From positions 32,001 through 96,000 of the IMG/VR virus record IMGVR_UViG_3300046318_000520: a stretch of 64,000 bases of DNA; one strand, 5' to 3'. Every line of letters starts with the position of its first letter. Position 1 is the first letter of the stretch. Both the position numbers and the translations under genes were made by a program. The notes beneath the pieces were generated by a model, which worked only from the letters and a program-made list of their open reading frames with translations, did no database searches and was not told where the DNA came from. This document shows positions 41,399 through 50,852 of the stretch, in pieces. Source of the DNA: a virus.

Positions 41399-41995
41399 TT
41401 AAAAGGGTAAATTGTTATACGGTTTTACAATAAGGTCATTGATCCAGGATTTAAAGCTCACAGGTCTTCCTGTGTGAATAGCAATGTAATCCCTGATAGT
41501 CATTTCTGCATAAGGAGCATCTGCTTTAGGAGCAAGCTGTTCTGCAGCAGGTTTAGATTGTTCCTCAGGTACAGGTTTTGAACTAAACACTTTATCAAAA
41601 CTTGCAACAGCAGAACCTTTTGATATGGCTACAGCTGTAGGGTTTACTACACGCAGCTCATCAAGAGGAACCAAATAAGATCCTTTCTCATTGAGTTCAT
41701 ACTCTTCATCAAAAGCATTGTTAAAGGGAACCCTGTATACCCTGCGCTCTGTATCCAAAGGATCCAGGTTACGGGTAACCAGTTCAAAATAAAAGCCCTT
41801 TTCTTTTTTAAATTCAGATGCAAAGATTCCTATGACCTGACGCTTGCGGTCATCATAGAAAGGCATCTTCATGTTAAAATCTAAAGGGGAGATCTCCAGG
41901 TCTTTAATAAGATCCATATGATGCTGACGGATAGCGTCAAGCTTCTGCCGCTTCCGTTCCTTCACCTCATCAGGGCTTTGTGTGTAATTATTCAT
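41399..41995 (-). CDS. Hypothetical protein
   Basis: ORF in replication operon. Confidence 0.65.
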   Translation of the reverse strand: MNNYTQSPDEVKERKRQKLDAIRQHHMDLIKDLEISPLDFNMKMPFYDDRKRQVIGIFASEFKKEKGFYFELVTRNLDPLDTERRVYRVPFNNAFDEEYELNEKGSYLVPLDELRVVNPTAVAISKGSAVASFDKVFSSKPVPEEQSKPAAEQLAPKADAPYAEMTIRDYIAIHTGRPVSFKSWINDLIVKPYNNLPF

Positions 41996-42005
41996 GTGTT
42001 ATTGT

Positions 42006-43079
42006 TTATAATTCTGAGCCCACATCTGCTGAAGGGCTTGTTTCAGTTTTTTTTCTCTGGCTACGGGGTATATAATCACTGGTACCACCTGGGTTATCTG
42101 CACTAGGTGGTATGATTTCCATCATTCTCTGACGATTAAACTCTGCTTCAAAGAAAAGTATAGGGTCATTGTTACTGGCATTACGTACTTTAAGCAAGTG
42201 CATAAAGATGTGGTTCTCGTCACAATGAAACTTTTGCGGACCGTAACACCGGATGTCTGCTTTTGCAGGACGGTTTAGTACCACCAGCATATCAGATCCC
42301 TGCATCAGGGCGTCACCGCCAAAAATGTCAGATGATGTAGGATAGTTAGCAATAGATCCTGGTGTTTTACGGGCAGCTTCGTCAATGGTACGGTTGAGCT
42401 GAGAAAGCATAATCACTATGATAGGCAGCTCATTTTTTATTTTCATGAGCATTTCTACTGTATTATACAGCGTGGTGATTTTTTCTTTTTCAGACGGGTT
42501 CTTTTTAACCAGCCAGGAGTGATCTATAGTTACAATCAATGGATTACCGCTTGGTTTACCATCTTTACCAGGAAGCGTATTATAAAAATGATGTATGGCA
42601 TCATATATTTCCTGGTGAGTCATTGGCGTACCTAAAAACAACCTATGTATTCCTTTAGCGTACATAGCTTTTGTTTCTTGCCTATATCTTTCCAGCATCT
42701 GCATGCTCCATTCATCAAGCTGTTGATGACTGCTTAACACTACATTATAATCCTTGGCAATCTGGGCAGCAAAGTCACGTGTGCCGTATTGCTTAGTGCC
42801 CATTTCAAACTGGAATTCCAGCAGGTTAAAAGGCATGTTTGGATTACGGGTGTGTGATTCCCTAAGCAGTTGAGAAGCCACCATTGTTTTACCTGAGCCC
42901 GGACGGGCAGCAATAGTCAATATGGTTCCCCATTCCAATCCGTTGATACCGGCATTGTTAAGTCCAGCCCACGGTGTTTTAAAGGAAGTAATTCTTCCTG
43001 TTCTACGGTCCTGTATATACTTTAGTGAATCATCAAGAACTTCCAGGTAATTCTTGGCACCATAAAGAAGCTGGCTCAT
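42006..43079 (-). CDS. dnaB: DnaB-like replicative helicase
   Basis: AARPGSGKT, FQFEM, TIDHS, LSQLNR, P..SD..G. Confidence 0.88.
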   Translation of the reverse strand: MSQLLYGAKNYLEVLDDSLKYIQDRRTGRITSFKTPWAGLNNAGINGLEWGTILTIAARPGSGKTMVASQLLRESHTRNPNMPFNLLEFQFEMGTKQYGTRDFAAQIAKDYNVVLSSHQQLDEWSMQMLERYRQETKAMYAKGIHRLFLGTPMTHQEIYDAIHHFYNTLPGKDGKPSGNPLIVTIDHSWLVKKNPSEKEKITTLYNTVEMLMKIKNELPIIVIMLSQLNRTIDEAARKTPGSIANYPTSSDIFGGDALMQGSDMLVVLNRPAKADIRCYGPQKFHCDENHIFMHLLKVRNASNNDPILFFEAEFNRQRMMEIIPPSADNPGGTSDYIPRSQRKKTETSPSADVGSEL

Positions 43080-43279
43080 ACTCCTGCAGTTTGTAGGCCT
43101 TTACCTACGGCTTCCATAAGTTTATCCATGCCTTGATCAAGACCGTCAATAAAAGATTTACGCTCTGTTATTAATATAGCAGTATGAAAAGCATCAAATG
43201 ATATACCTCTTAGAGTGCTTATACCATCAAGAGCCACTGTGCTTTTGTTAAATAGTTCCTGGATTTCTTCTGTTGTCAT
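43076..43279 (-). CDS. Hypothetical protein
   Basis: ATGA-coupled ORF. Confidence 0.55.
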   Translation of the reverse strand: MTTEEIQELFNKSTVALDGISTLRGISFDAFHTAILITERKSFIDGLDQGMDKLMEAVGKGLQTAGV

Positions 43280-43458
43280 TGTTTGCTGATTTTATTAAAA
43301 ATGAATTGATATAGTTTATAGGATACAAGAATGACTATTTCTATAGCCACATACTGCCAGAAGTTCATGCTAACAATAAGGTTATCTACAAAAACCCAGT
43401 TTAACAGTGTAAAAACAATAGACAGAAAGAAACCATGTAGTGTTTTTTCATAATCCAT
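43276..43458 (-). CDS. Small membrane protein
   Basis: Two hydrophobic segments; coupled ORF. Confidence 0.55.
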   Translation of the reverse strand: MDYEKTLHGFFLSIVFTLLNWVFVDNLIVSMNFWQYVAIEIVILVSYKLYQFIFNKISKQ

Positions 43459-43467
43459 GATATAGTT

Positions 43468-44052
43468 TTATTTAGGAATTTGCTGAAGCAGTGACCTGTC
43501 TTCTCTGATCATCTCACAGTAGTCTGCCAGTTTAGATATAACTACTTTGTTAAGATCACTTTTCTTAATAAAATAACTGCTTGTCATCATGTACTCAAAG
43601 TTCTCCCTGCTCTTGCAATAGACATAGTAGTCAGTGGCTTCTAATATAAGTTCCCATCCATACTCAGGGTAGTTCTTAAAGAACCATACAAAATTGTCCT
43701 TGAGTGTTTTGGTGTTCTGCCGGGCAAGTTCATTGTGTGGAGGTATTCTTTTACTGGGAAATATTTCCCTGTATTCTTTTACTTTGTCCAGGAAATCTTC
43801 TCCCAGCACTTCTGCATCTACTTTTTTTTTGGTTTTAACTAGTCTTGTTTCAAATTCATTGAGAACGGCTATACCTTTTTCTGTCAGTTTGTTGTCTGTA
43901 GTAAGCAAACCCTTTGCCTGACATATAAGGGCTTCTGCTTTTTCATTAATCACATTACCTGGTGATATTTTAGAATAGTAACAGCTGATCAGGTACATTT
44001 GATTGGGGCTGATACTGTAGGTTCTGCACGGGTTCCATAGTTGATGACTCAT
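43468..44052 (-). CDS. Hypothetical protein (possible replication initiator/helicase loader)
   Basis: Upstream of DnaB; winged-helix-like N-terminus (LTEKG). Confidence 0.5.
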   Translation of the reverse strand: MSHQLWNPCRTYSISPNQMYLISCYYSKISPGNVINEKAEALICQAKGLLTTDNKLTEKGIAVLNEFETRLVKTKKKVDAEVLGEDFLDKVKEYREIFPSKRIPPHNELARQNTKTLKDNFVWFFKNYPEYGWELILEATDYYVYCKSRENFEYMMTSSYFIKKSDLNKVVISKLADYCEMIREDRSLLQQIPK

Positions 44053-44506
44053 CGGCTGTTAGATTTTGTGATTGATCCTGGTGTTTTTTAATGTGGTTTA
44101 TAATGTTCAGATACTTTTCTCTGAACACAGGGTCTGTTTCTATCAGATTATGAAATAGCTTAAGAGCATTCATAACCGTAGTGTGATCTCTCTTGCCAAG
44201 AATATCACCAATAGAGGTGAGTGTATACTTCATTTGCTTGGCTATATAGCAGAAAATAAATCTCAGCTCAGTGATTTCCCGGTATCTGTGTTTGCAATCC
44301 AGGTTAAGCTTCATATCATGTCGGTAGGGGAGAAAGGGTGCAAAAAGATCTTTAAGTTCATCAAGAGAAAGAAGCATCAACTCTGCTGTATCTACAGAGA
44401 ATTTTGGAAGAACGGTGGGGAAATAACCCAGTTTGTCATAAAAAGTCACTCTGAACTCTTCAATCATTTTTTTCTCCAGTCTGGCGGCATACTCTGTTGG
44501 GTTCAT
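43970..44506 (-). CDS. DnaA C-terminal (domain IV) HTH-like protein
   Basis: R.IFCYIAK...TL.SIG..LG.RDHTTVM signature of Bac_DnaA_C. Confidence 0.75.
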   Translation of the reverse strand: MNPTEYAARLEKKMIEEFRVTFYDKLGYFPTVLPKFSVDTAELMLLSLDELKDLFAPFLPYRHDMKLNLDCKHRYREITELRFIFCYIAKQMKYTLTSIGDILGKRDHTTVMNALKLFHNLIETDPVFREKYLNIINHIKKHQDQSQNLTADESSTMEPVQNLQYQPQSNVPDQLLLF

Positions 44507-44575
44507 ATTTTAAAAGTTGGGTTTACAAATGTAGAACAAATGTAGAATTAATCTACAGAAATCCTAAAAAATTCG

Positions 44576-44591
44576 TATATTATATTGTAGA
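44576..44591 (+). promoter_or_regulatory. Putative late promoter of lysis cassette
   Basis: TATATTATATTGTAGA, shared with 3847 and 54022. Confidence 0.5.
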
Positions 44592-44642
44592 TAGCGGCTA
44601 ACCTCTACACTCTCTAAGTTTATATATATAAATATTTCTACT

Positions 44643-44897
44643 ATGGCTAATTTTTATGCCCAAAAAGACGGTAATGGTTATCCCATTCCAGGTACTATGA
44701 TGAGCGTGGATGGCTCTGTTCCTGCAGTGAACAACATCATAGCAATCCCTGCCTCAGATGTTTCTTCTACAAAGACCCATCCAATAGGTCTGCGCTATTT
44801 TGTACGTAAAGATGCAGTGGGTAACATTATACCCAACTCATTGATTATCAGCTTTGAAAAGCCTTCAGGATCTGTTTACGAGTTCAAAAAAGCCTAA
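44643..44897 (+). CDS. Hypothetical protein (first gene of + strand late cassette)
   Basis: Internal repeat FYAQKDGNGYPIPGT / YFVRKDAVGNIIPNS. Confidence 0.65.
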   Translation: MANFYAQKDGNGYPIPGTMMSVDGSVPAVNNIIAIPASDVSSTKTHPIGLRYFVRKDAVGNIIPNSLIISFEKPSGSVYEFKKA

Positions 44898-44906
44898 CCC
44901 CTAACA

Positions 44907-45230
44907 ATGGCCACTACATCTACCATGGATAAAATAAAAGTCTGGGCATTTCCTGGAATGATGAGCGTCCTAGCAGCTATTATATGGCAGGATGTCCAGG
45001 AAATTAAAAGTGACACTAAGGCACTTTTAGCTCAGTCTATGATTGATAAAACAAGAATAGATAACCTTGAAAGAGAAGTGTTTGGTAAGACTAATACTGG
45101 ACTAGAGTTTCCTGTAAAAGCACCACAGGATATGCCAAGGCCTGTCCTTAGTGACTTTGTAGCAACCAAACCGGAAGAACAGTATTTCAATGAGAAAAAG
45201 GAATCAGATAATAAACCAAAAATCCTATGA
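44907..45230 (+). CDS. Membrane-anchored coiled-coil protein (lysis cassette)
   Basis: N-terminal TM segment followed by heptads. Confidence 0.55.
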   Translation: MATTSTMDKIKVWAFPGMMSVLAAIIWQDVQEIKSDTKALLAQSMIDKTRIDNLEREVFGKTNTGLEFPVKAPQDMPRPVLSDFVATKPEEQYFNEKKESDNKPKIL

Positions 45231-45847
45231 AATCTTCATCATGGCTGACCATTATTGTTATTCTGGTAGTCATAATCCTTTTGCAAAGACTTGATTGTAA
45301 TGTCGGTCCAGGTACAGAGGCACCTAAAAACGATACAACAGTAGTCAGGGATACCATCTGGCAGCATTATGACACTACGGTAAAAAAGTCTACAGTGGTC
45401 ATCAAGACTATTCATGACACTCTTCCGGTCAAATACTACCCGCATCCCATGTATGACAGTCTTAAGGTGCAGTATCAAGAACTGGCTAAAGATTTTTTAG
45501 CCAGGAGAATATATGCAGACACACTTAAAATTCCCCAGATCAAAGGACTATTCATAGTCAACGACACTGTAAAGAATAATAGACTAATAAGTAGCAGCTG
45601 GAGTGCTGACTACATTATTCCCAAGGTCACTGAAACAATTACTATCACAAAATATCCTAAACCTGAACGCCAGTTTTATGTAGGTGGCGGGTTGTCTGCT
45701 AATATGACAAGCCTTGGTATGGCTCAGGCAGGGATACTTTACAAGGATCGTAAAGACAAGATCTTCGGTGCTTTTGTAGCTGCTGTACCTAATGGAAAGA
45801 TTTCCTATGGTGTGCAGTCATATTGGAAAATCAGATTTAAAAAATGA
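45227..45847 (+). CDS. Membrane-anchored protein with C-terminal beta strands (possible spanin-like)
   Basis: N-terminal TM/signal segment with Cys, DT-rich linker, C-terminal amphipathic beta strands ending WKIRFKK. Confidence 0.5.
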   Translation: MKSSSWLTIIVILVVIILLQRLDCNVGPGTEAPKNDTTVVRDTIWQHYDTTVKKSTVVIKTIHDTLPVKYYPHPMYDSLKVQYQELAKDFLARRIYADTLKIPQIKGLFIVNDTVKNNRLISSSWSADYIIPKVTETITITKYPKPERQFYVGGGLSANMTSLGMAQAGILYKDRKDKIFGAFVAAVPNGKISYGVQSYWKIRFKK

Positions 45848-46125
45848 AAAACATATTCAAATACATAGAACCTATATGGCTTGGAAACAAGGGAAAAGTG
45901 TCCATTAGAAGGGTACTGGCTCTTGCTTTCACTATAGATTTTATACGAAATACTTCCCATGCCATCCATAAATGGGACGTAGCCAAGTCATACTCTGACG
46001 TGGCCATGTTACTTGGCATAGAAGCCGGACTTATTGCAGCTCTACTGTCTTTGACTACATATACCAGTGTTGTTAATGACAAACTGAACAACAGTAGTTC
46101 AGAACCAGTTCCCCCAGTGGAATAA
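45844..46125 (+). CDS. Putative holin
   Basis: 93 aa, GK.S.RR then two hydrophobic segments, directly upstream of the endolysin. Confidence 0.55.
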   Translation: MKNIFKYIEPIWLGNKGKVSIRRVLALAFTIDFIRNTSHAIHKWDVAKSYSDVAMLLGIEAGLIAALLSLTTYTSVVNDKLNNSSSEPVPPVE

Positions 46126-46143
46126 TAATCAACTCCATATCCT

Positions 46144-46671
46144 ATGAAATTACCTAAAGCCTATCAGTGGCTTGCATCTGAAGATGCACCACGTCATCTA
46201 CTTAAAGCCATAGAACTATTTGGAACTGCTGAGACCGTTGGGTCTAAGCATAACCCTGTGATCATAGGCTGGGCCAAAGAACTTAGCCTGGATAAAGTGT
46301 ATGTCACAGATGAAATACCCTGGTGCGGGCTCTTTGCGGGAATTATTATGCACAGGGCCGGACGTCCCGTAGTAAATAGCCCGTTGTGGGCACTCTCATG
46401 GAACAAGTTTGGCGTAGGTGTGACCGAGCCTATGCTGGGTGATATTGTCACGTTTAAGCGTGACGGAGGCGGTCATGTCGGTATATACGTTGGTGAAGAT
46501 GCTACAGCATATCACGTACTGGGTGGCAATCAAGGAAACCAGGTGTCAGTGACTCGTATTGCTAAATCAAGATTATCAGCTGCCAGAAGACCTGAGTACA
46601 ACAGTAAGCCTGTAAACGTACGTAAGGTGATGTTAGCCAGTAATGGTGTGCTCTCAACTAATGAAGCATGA
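46144..46671 (+). CDS. NlpC/P60 (TIGR02594-like) peptidoglycan peptidase, putative endolysin
   Basis: DEIPWCGLF, GDIVTF.R.GGGHVG, VLGGNQ. Confidence 0.85.
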   Translation: MKLPKAYQWLASEDAPRHLLKAIELFGTAETVGSKHNPVIIGWAKELSLDKVYVTDEIPWCGLFAGIIMHRAGRPVVNSPLWALSWNKFGVGVTEPMLGDIVTFKRDGGGHVGIYVGEDATAYHVLGGNQGNQVSVTRIAKSRLSAARRPEYNSKPVNVRKVMLASNGVLSTNEA

Positions 46672-47039
46672 TACTACTAAAAGTCATATTTGTTGTACTA
46701 TATTCTTTTCTGAATATACTACTGGCTAATCATGATGCCTTAAAAATATCAAGACATCAGAAAATAGAACATGGTACCAATGCACTTGTTTACCTGGCTC
46801 TGATTCTACCGGCAGGATACCTGACTAACAGCTGGATATTTCTGATTGGACTGCTGGCTTTGAGAAGAATAGTTTTTGACACAGCTCTTAATCTTATTAG
46901 AGGACTAAAGTTTAACTATATTTCTAAAACTACTACGTCTATCATAGACAGACTGTCTTATAACATTCAAGACAAGTTTGGCTACATACCTTATTATGGC
47001 GTGTTTGCCATAATACTAATCATCTCAATCTTTTTATAA
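46668..47039 (+). CDS. Multi-pass membrane protein
   Basis: 3-4 hydrophobic segments; R..VFD..LN..RG motif. Confidence 0.6.
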   Translation: MILLKVIFVVLYSFLNILLANHDALKISRHQKIEHGTNALVYLALILPAGYLTNSWIFLIGLLALRRIVFDTALNLIRGLKFNYISKTTTSIIDRLSYNIQDKFGYIPYYGVFAIILIISIFL

Positions 47040-47167
47040 TGGCAAAAGGTAAAGGCGGTGGAGAAAGCCGCAAGATCAACTTTGGTAAAAGACGCAAGGG
47101 TAAAGCCCTTAAGCGCAAGGGACCAAAGGACAAGTCAACATCTGTCTACAGAGGACAGGGAAAGTAA
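47039..47167 (+). CDS. Small basic protein (42 aa; not in ORF track)
   Basis: TAATG overlap with upstream stop; MAKGKGGGESRKINFGKRRKGKALKRKGPKDKSTSVYRGQGK*, followed by a terminator. Confidence 0.7.
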   Translation: MAKGKGGGESRKINFGKRRKGKALKRKGPKDKSTSVYRGQGK

Positions 47168-47195
47168 AAGACCGGTTGTTAGCCGGTCTTTTTTT
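47166..47195. terminator. Bidirectional terminator
   Basis: AAAAGACCGGT-tgtta-GCCGGTCTTTTTTT between convergent genes. Confidence 0.8.
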
Positions 47196-47535
47196 ATTTA
47201 ATCCTCCATACACGCCTGGTGCCATCCAGTAGTTTTCTGGTTGTCACCATAAATCCTGTCTTTACTTCTTTTGCAAACTGTTTACAAGCATAGTGAACAC
47301 CATTTGGATTTCTACTCAACGGATCTGATGTTGGTATTAAAAAGCTGTCACCAACTTTCATCATATCAAAAGGAAAGTGATTGTTAAATTCACGCCTTCT
47401 ACCCATGATTGTAATACCAGATTCAACATTGTAGGTGTAAACTTTTGGAGCTTCACCTGGTTTTGTTCTTGTAATAGTTGCTGTCACCTGTTTTGCAACA
47501 GGTTTTGGGACAGGTTTTGTTTTACTGGTTGCCAT
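47194..47535 (-). CDS. Hypothetical DNA-binding-like protein
   Basis: FPF..MKVGDSF...RVWRIK pattern. Confidence 0.6.
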   Translation of the reverse strand: MATSKTKPVPKPVAKQVTATITRTKPGEAPKVYTYNVESGITIMGRRREFNNHFPFDMMKVGDSFLIPTSDPLSRNPNGVHYACKQFAKEVKTGFMVTTRKLLDGTRRVWRIK

Positions 47536-47626
47536 AATTAAAATTTTTATGTCCCCAAAGTAAGATTTAATTCATACTTTACTAAGATATAATTCAGATT
47601 TTAGTTATTTAGTTACCAAATGGTAA

Positions 47627-49141
47627 CTATACTGTTAAACCTTTGTTATTAACTCTATGTACTTTTATGCCATCAAATACGACAACTTGTGCATTGTCTG
47701 AGTATTTTTCTATGACATTACTATTAAAAGAATCAAACCTTGCTCCTTTGATACCAATGAAAAAAGCTTTACTGGAGTAAATACTACATCTATCTTCTGC
47801 ATCTGTAATAATAATAGCATTGTTATTATTTCTTTCAACACTCATAACAGCAGCATCAATAGTTGTACCACCGCCACAGTCAATCATTGATATAGACACC
47901 AGATCATTTTGATATTTCTTGACGCGGGTGTCAAACAAATAAACATCATTGAGCATATCCATCTCAAGCAGTTTAGCTGTAAATGATTTACAAAAATCCA
48001 ACTTAGAAATATACTGACCACCTTGTCTGTCTACACCAGAGTCTGAACTCATAGAACCAGATACGTCAATATAAACATCAATCTTACCGATATACTTAAC
48101 ATCTTTGATCTGTACATCTTCTGCCATGATTTTACGCAGTGCAGGATGCAGAAATACAAAGTCATCAAGACCAGCCAGATTATCTGAGTTGAACAGATCC
48201 TCATACTTTACAACTTCACGAGAGGAAAAGTAAGAAGTTGATTTATCCAGCAGCTTTTTGATCTTGTCTTTCAAAGATCCCATAGACATGTTGATCTTCT
48301 GTAGCTTCTCTGCAATCTGTCTCATATAATCAGGAGACAGTTTACCTGCTATGTCACCACCGCTTTTATTGGCTTCATCAAACATCTTCTGCTGAATGTC
48401 ATCAGAAAGATTATCATCCATGTTTTGACACATCTGTTGGGCTTCTTCCATAGCTTTTTCAAGCTGGTCCTTGCTCATCTTATTGTCAAACATTTTATTA
48501 ACAGCATCATCCAGATCCTTCTGATCAAATTCAGATCCTTTGCCATTCATGGCATTCTGAATCTTTTCAGCTGTTTCAGGATCTGTATACTCCATGGCAG
48601 CCATTTGCATCATATAATACATCATGATACTGCGGGTAAACATACTGGACTTTAAAGATGATGATTCTGTCATGATCTTTCCCACCGGGTTATTGGCTTT
48701 CTCTAAAAACTTAAACTTGGTATGCGTTTTATCAGTGCGTTCTTCAAATTCAAGGTTTTCCATACGGTTATAGTACATCTTGAATATATCACGCATCATG
48801 TGTTTTGGAAACTTATTATACTTTTCTACAACCTTTTTGCTAAACGCTGCAAAGTCAGGCTTTTTAGCATCATCCAGCTTCTTAAACTGGGAATGAGCAG
48901 AGAACTTTGCATAGTAGTCCTTTACTGTTTTAGAACCGGCGTTGGTTATATACGTATCTACAATGTTTTCCAGTCTTCTCTCATCCAAATAGTGCAAATG
49001 AGGACTGATCAGATCAGGCTTTTTGTAAAAATCCATTTTACCAAAAAGACCATCTTTGGTTTTATAATGTCCATCCATCTCACCTTTCTTGACTTTCTCA
49101 AGAATGGTATATACGTTTTTATACTGTTTTCCACTTGCCAT
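47627..49141 (-). CDS. vWA-domain protein (ViaA/CoxE-like)
   Basis: MIDAS DVSGSM, GGGT, IITD. Confidence 0.85.
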   Translation of the reverse strand: MASGKQYKNVYTILEKVKKGEMDGHYKTKDGLFGKMDFYKKPDLISPHLHYLDERRLENIVDTYITNAGSKTVKDYYAKFSAHSQFKKLDDAKKPDFAAFSKKVVEKYNKFPKHMMRDIFKMYYNRMENLEFEERTDKTHTKFKFLEKANNPVGKIMTESSSLKSSMFTRSIMMYYMMQMAAMEYTDPETAEKIQNAMNGKGSEFDQKDLDDAVNKMFDNKMSKDQLEKAMEEAQQMCQNMDDNLSDDIQQKMFDEANKSGGDIAGKLSPDYMRQIAEKLQKINMSMGSLKDKIKKLLDKSTSYFSSREVVKYEDLFNSDNLAGLDDFVFLHPALRKIMAEDVQIKDVKYIGKIDVYIDVSGSMSSDSGVDRQGGQYISKLDFCKSFTAKLLEMDMLNDVYLFDTRVKKYQNDLVSISMIDCGGGTTIDAAVMSVERNNNNAIIITDAEDRCSIYSSKAFFIGIKGARFDSFNSNVIEKYSDNAQVVVFDGIKVHRVNNKGLTV

Positions 49142-49228
49142 ATTAGAATTATTTTAACAGATCACTAAGTTCCTGAATGGTAGCCGGTTTAAAGACCGGC
49201 GTACCATCAGGATTAAAGTGATCTAATC

Positions 49229-50368
49229 TTAAAAAGGGTTACTAGCACTTCTTTCTTCTACAGGCATTTCTTCCATCATCTGGTCAAAATCATCGGAAGA
49301 CTGATAGTCTTGACGTGCCGGGTGATTAGCCAGGATATACTGCATGGAGAGTTCTATCTCACCAACTTGTCCTTCATCCATGATACCACGGGAAGTGTAA
49401 GTATTAATAAGACTTTCTACTTCAGCAATAGCCAGCTCAAGTTGTTCATTGGTAGTGTAGCTGTGCAGCATCTCCACCTTAGACATTACTGCCTTAACTT
49501 CTGGACTCATCAGTTTGTTCTGCAGTTCAGAACCCGCTGACTGAGAAATCATGATCTGGGCAGTCTTTACCAGGGCTTTGTCTACACTGATGTCCCATAT
49601 GTACGAAACAGCTTTGGTAAGCGTTGGTACAAAAGTTAGTGTACGGTCAGAACTGTGCTGGTAACCTACTTCCAGGTATTTCTCCAGTTTGGTCACAGGT
49701 ACTTCTACCATGTCCAGTTCTGCTCTGTTTGGTACACCAATCTTAAATGATTCTTTGTAATTACGGGCACCCTTGTTAAAATATTTGACAAGCTCACCTG
49801 CAGATACGCGGTTTACAGTCATCTTTAACATAAAACGGTCCCAGAACGGAGAATCAGACTCTTCTTTAGGAATCTCATTACAAGTAGCTACGAATAACTT
49901 CCACTTACAAGGGATCTTGTGCTTACCGTTAAAAAGAAACTTCTCGTTCATAACACCTAGCATGGCATTACGGATACCGGCTGATGCTTTATCTACCTCG
50001 TTAATAATAACAATCTCTGCTTCTGCAATAGGAGCTGCCACTTCATACCTGTTTTCTGTAAACAGTTTACCAAGATCTGGCATACCCTTGACTTCTGAAG
50101 CCTTGGTACCCTCGTCAGTCTCCAGGATGTAGATCTTGTTGGCAAAATCCTGGGCGGTCATCTTACCGTCTTTGTTTAGCCAGGCTTTAGCATATTCTAT
50201 AATGGTCTTAGTTTTAGCTACACCAGGTTCACCTACGAGCAAACAAGGCAGACCGGTTGATTCTGCCAGGGCCAGCATTTTGAATACTTCTTCTTTGTTG
50301 ATCAAAGATGTATCAATTGTTCTTATTTCCTGTGTTGTCTTTTTAGTTATAGATTTAATTTTTGACAT
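49229..50368 (-). CDS. MoxR/RavA-like AAA+ ATPase
   Basis: GEPGVAKT, IINEVDKA, ATCNE, DRF. Likely start is MSKIKS at 50368. Confidence 0.85.
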   Translation of the reverse strand: MSKIKSITKKTTQEIRTIDTSLINKEEVFKMLALAESTGLPCLLVGEPGVAKTKTIIEYAKAWLNKDGKMTAQDFANKIYILETDEGTKASEVKGMPDLGKLFTENRYEVAAPIAEAEIVIINEVDKASAGIRNAMLGVMNEKFLFNGKHKIPCKWKLFVATCNEIPKEESDSPFWDRFMLKMTVNRVSAGELVKYFNKGARNYKESFKIGVPNRAELDMVEVPVTKLEKYLEVGYQHSSDRTLTFVPTLTKAVSYIWDISVDKALVKTAQIMISQSAGSELQNKLMSPEVKAVMSKVEMLHSYTTNEQLELAIAEVESLINTYTSRGIMDEGQVGEIELSMQYILANHPARQDYQSSDDFDQMMEEMPVEERSASNPF

Positions 50369-50414
50369 TTTTGGCTTGTGATTAAGTGTTTGTGAAATGT
50401 TTGGTCTAATTAGG

Positions 50415-50840
50415 CTAGAGGTTTGCAAAGGCTGAAGCAGAGTCTGCGTCTGAGAACCCTGTTCCGCTATGTCCTGAAAGATTTTCTTCAACAGGGAAGT
50501 TACTGACTGGTAATACCTGCTCTGCTCTGCTGGATTTGACTGGCTCAGATCTAAGTACGCGTTCCACAGTAGCCTCATGTCTTTGTTCAATATCTGATAC
50601 GGGGGCTGAGATAGTGCTTGATCCATCTTTGGTGTCATCTATAATGTTAAATACAGTAATGTTTGTCTCAGCATTTTTAAGAGCAGGATGTTTACGGATC
50701 ATAGTGATCTGCTGGTCTTTAGCATTATATTTGTCCTGGATACTACCATATCCAACATCATCACGCTTCATCCATGTAAGGCCATTGTCTAAATCTTCTA
50801 AGATCTGTGATACGTACAGATCAACTTTGTTTACTGCCAT
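50415..50840 (-). CDS. Hypothetical protein
   Basis: ORF in operon with low-complexity acidic tail. Confidence 0.6.
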   Translation of the reverse strand: MAVNKVDLYVSQILEDLDNGLTWMKRDDVGYGSIQDKYNAKDQQITMIRKHPALKNAETNITVFNIIDDTKDGSSTISAPVSDIEQRHEATVERVLRSEPVKSSRAEQVLPVSNFPVEENLSGHSGTGFSDADSASAFANL

Positions 50841-50852
50841 AGTTTTGATTTT

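Noticed and set aside
33561-43079. Inteins or introns in PolB, primase or DnaB
   Set aside because: Lengths are normal and catalytic motifs are contiguous.
47627-50368. MoxR ATPase + vWA pair as a novel system
   Set aside because: A well-known chaperone-like gene pair in bacteria and phages; annotated as features only.
50369-50638. N-terminal extension of the MoxR ATPase in the ORF track
   Set aside because: Overlaps ORF 50415..50840 in another frame; the start at 50368 fits better. Similar over-extensions were trimmed at 26842, 56104, 57434, 58870 and 63419.
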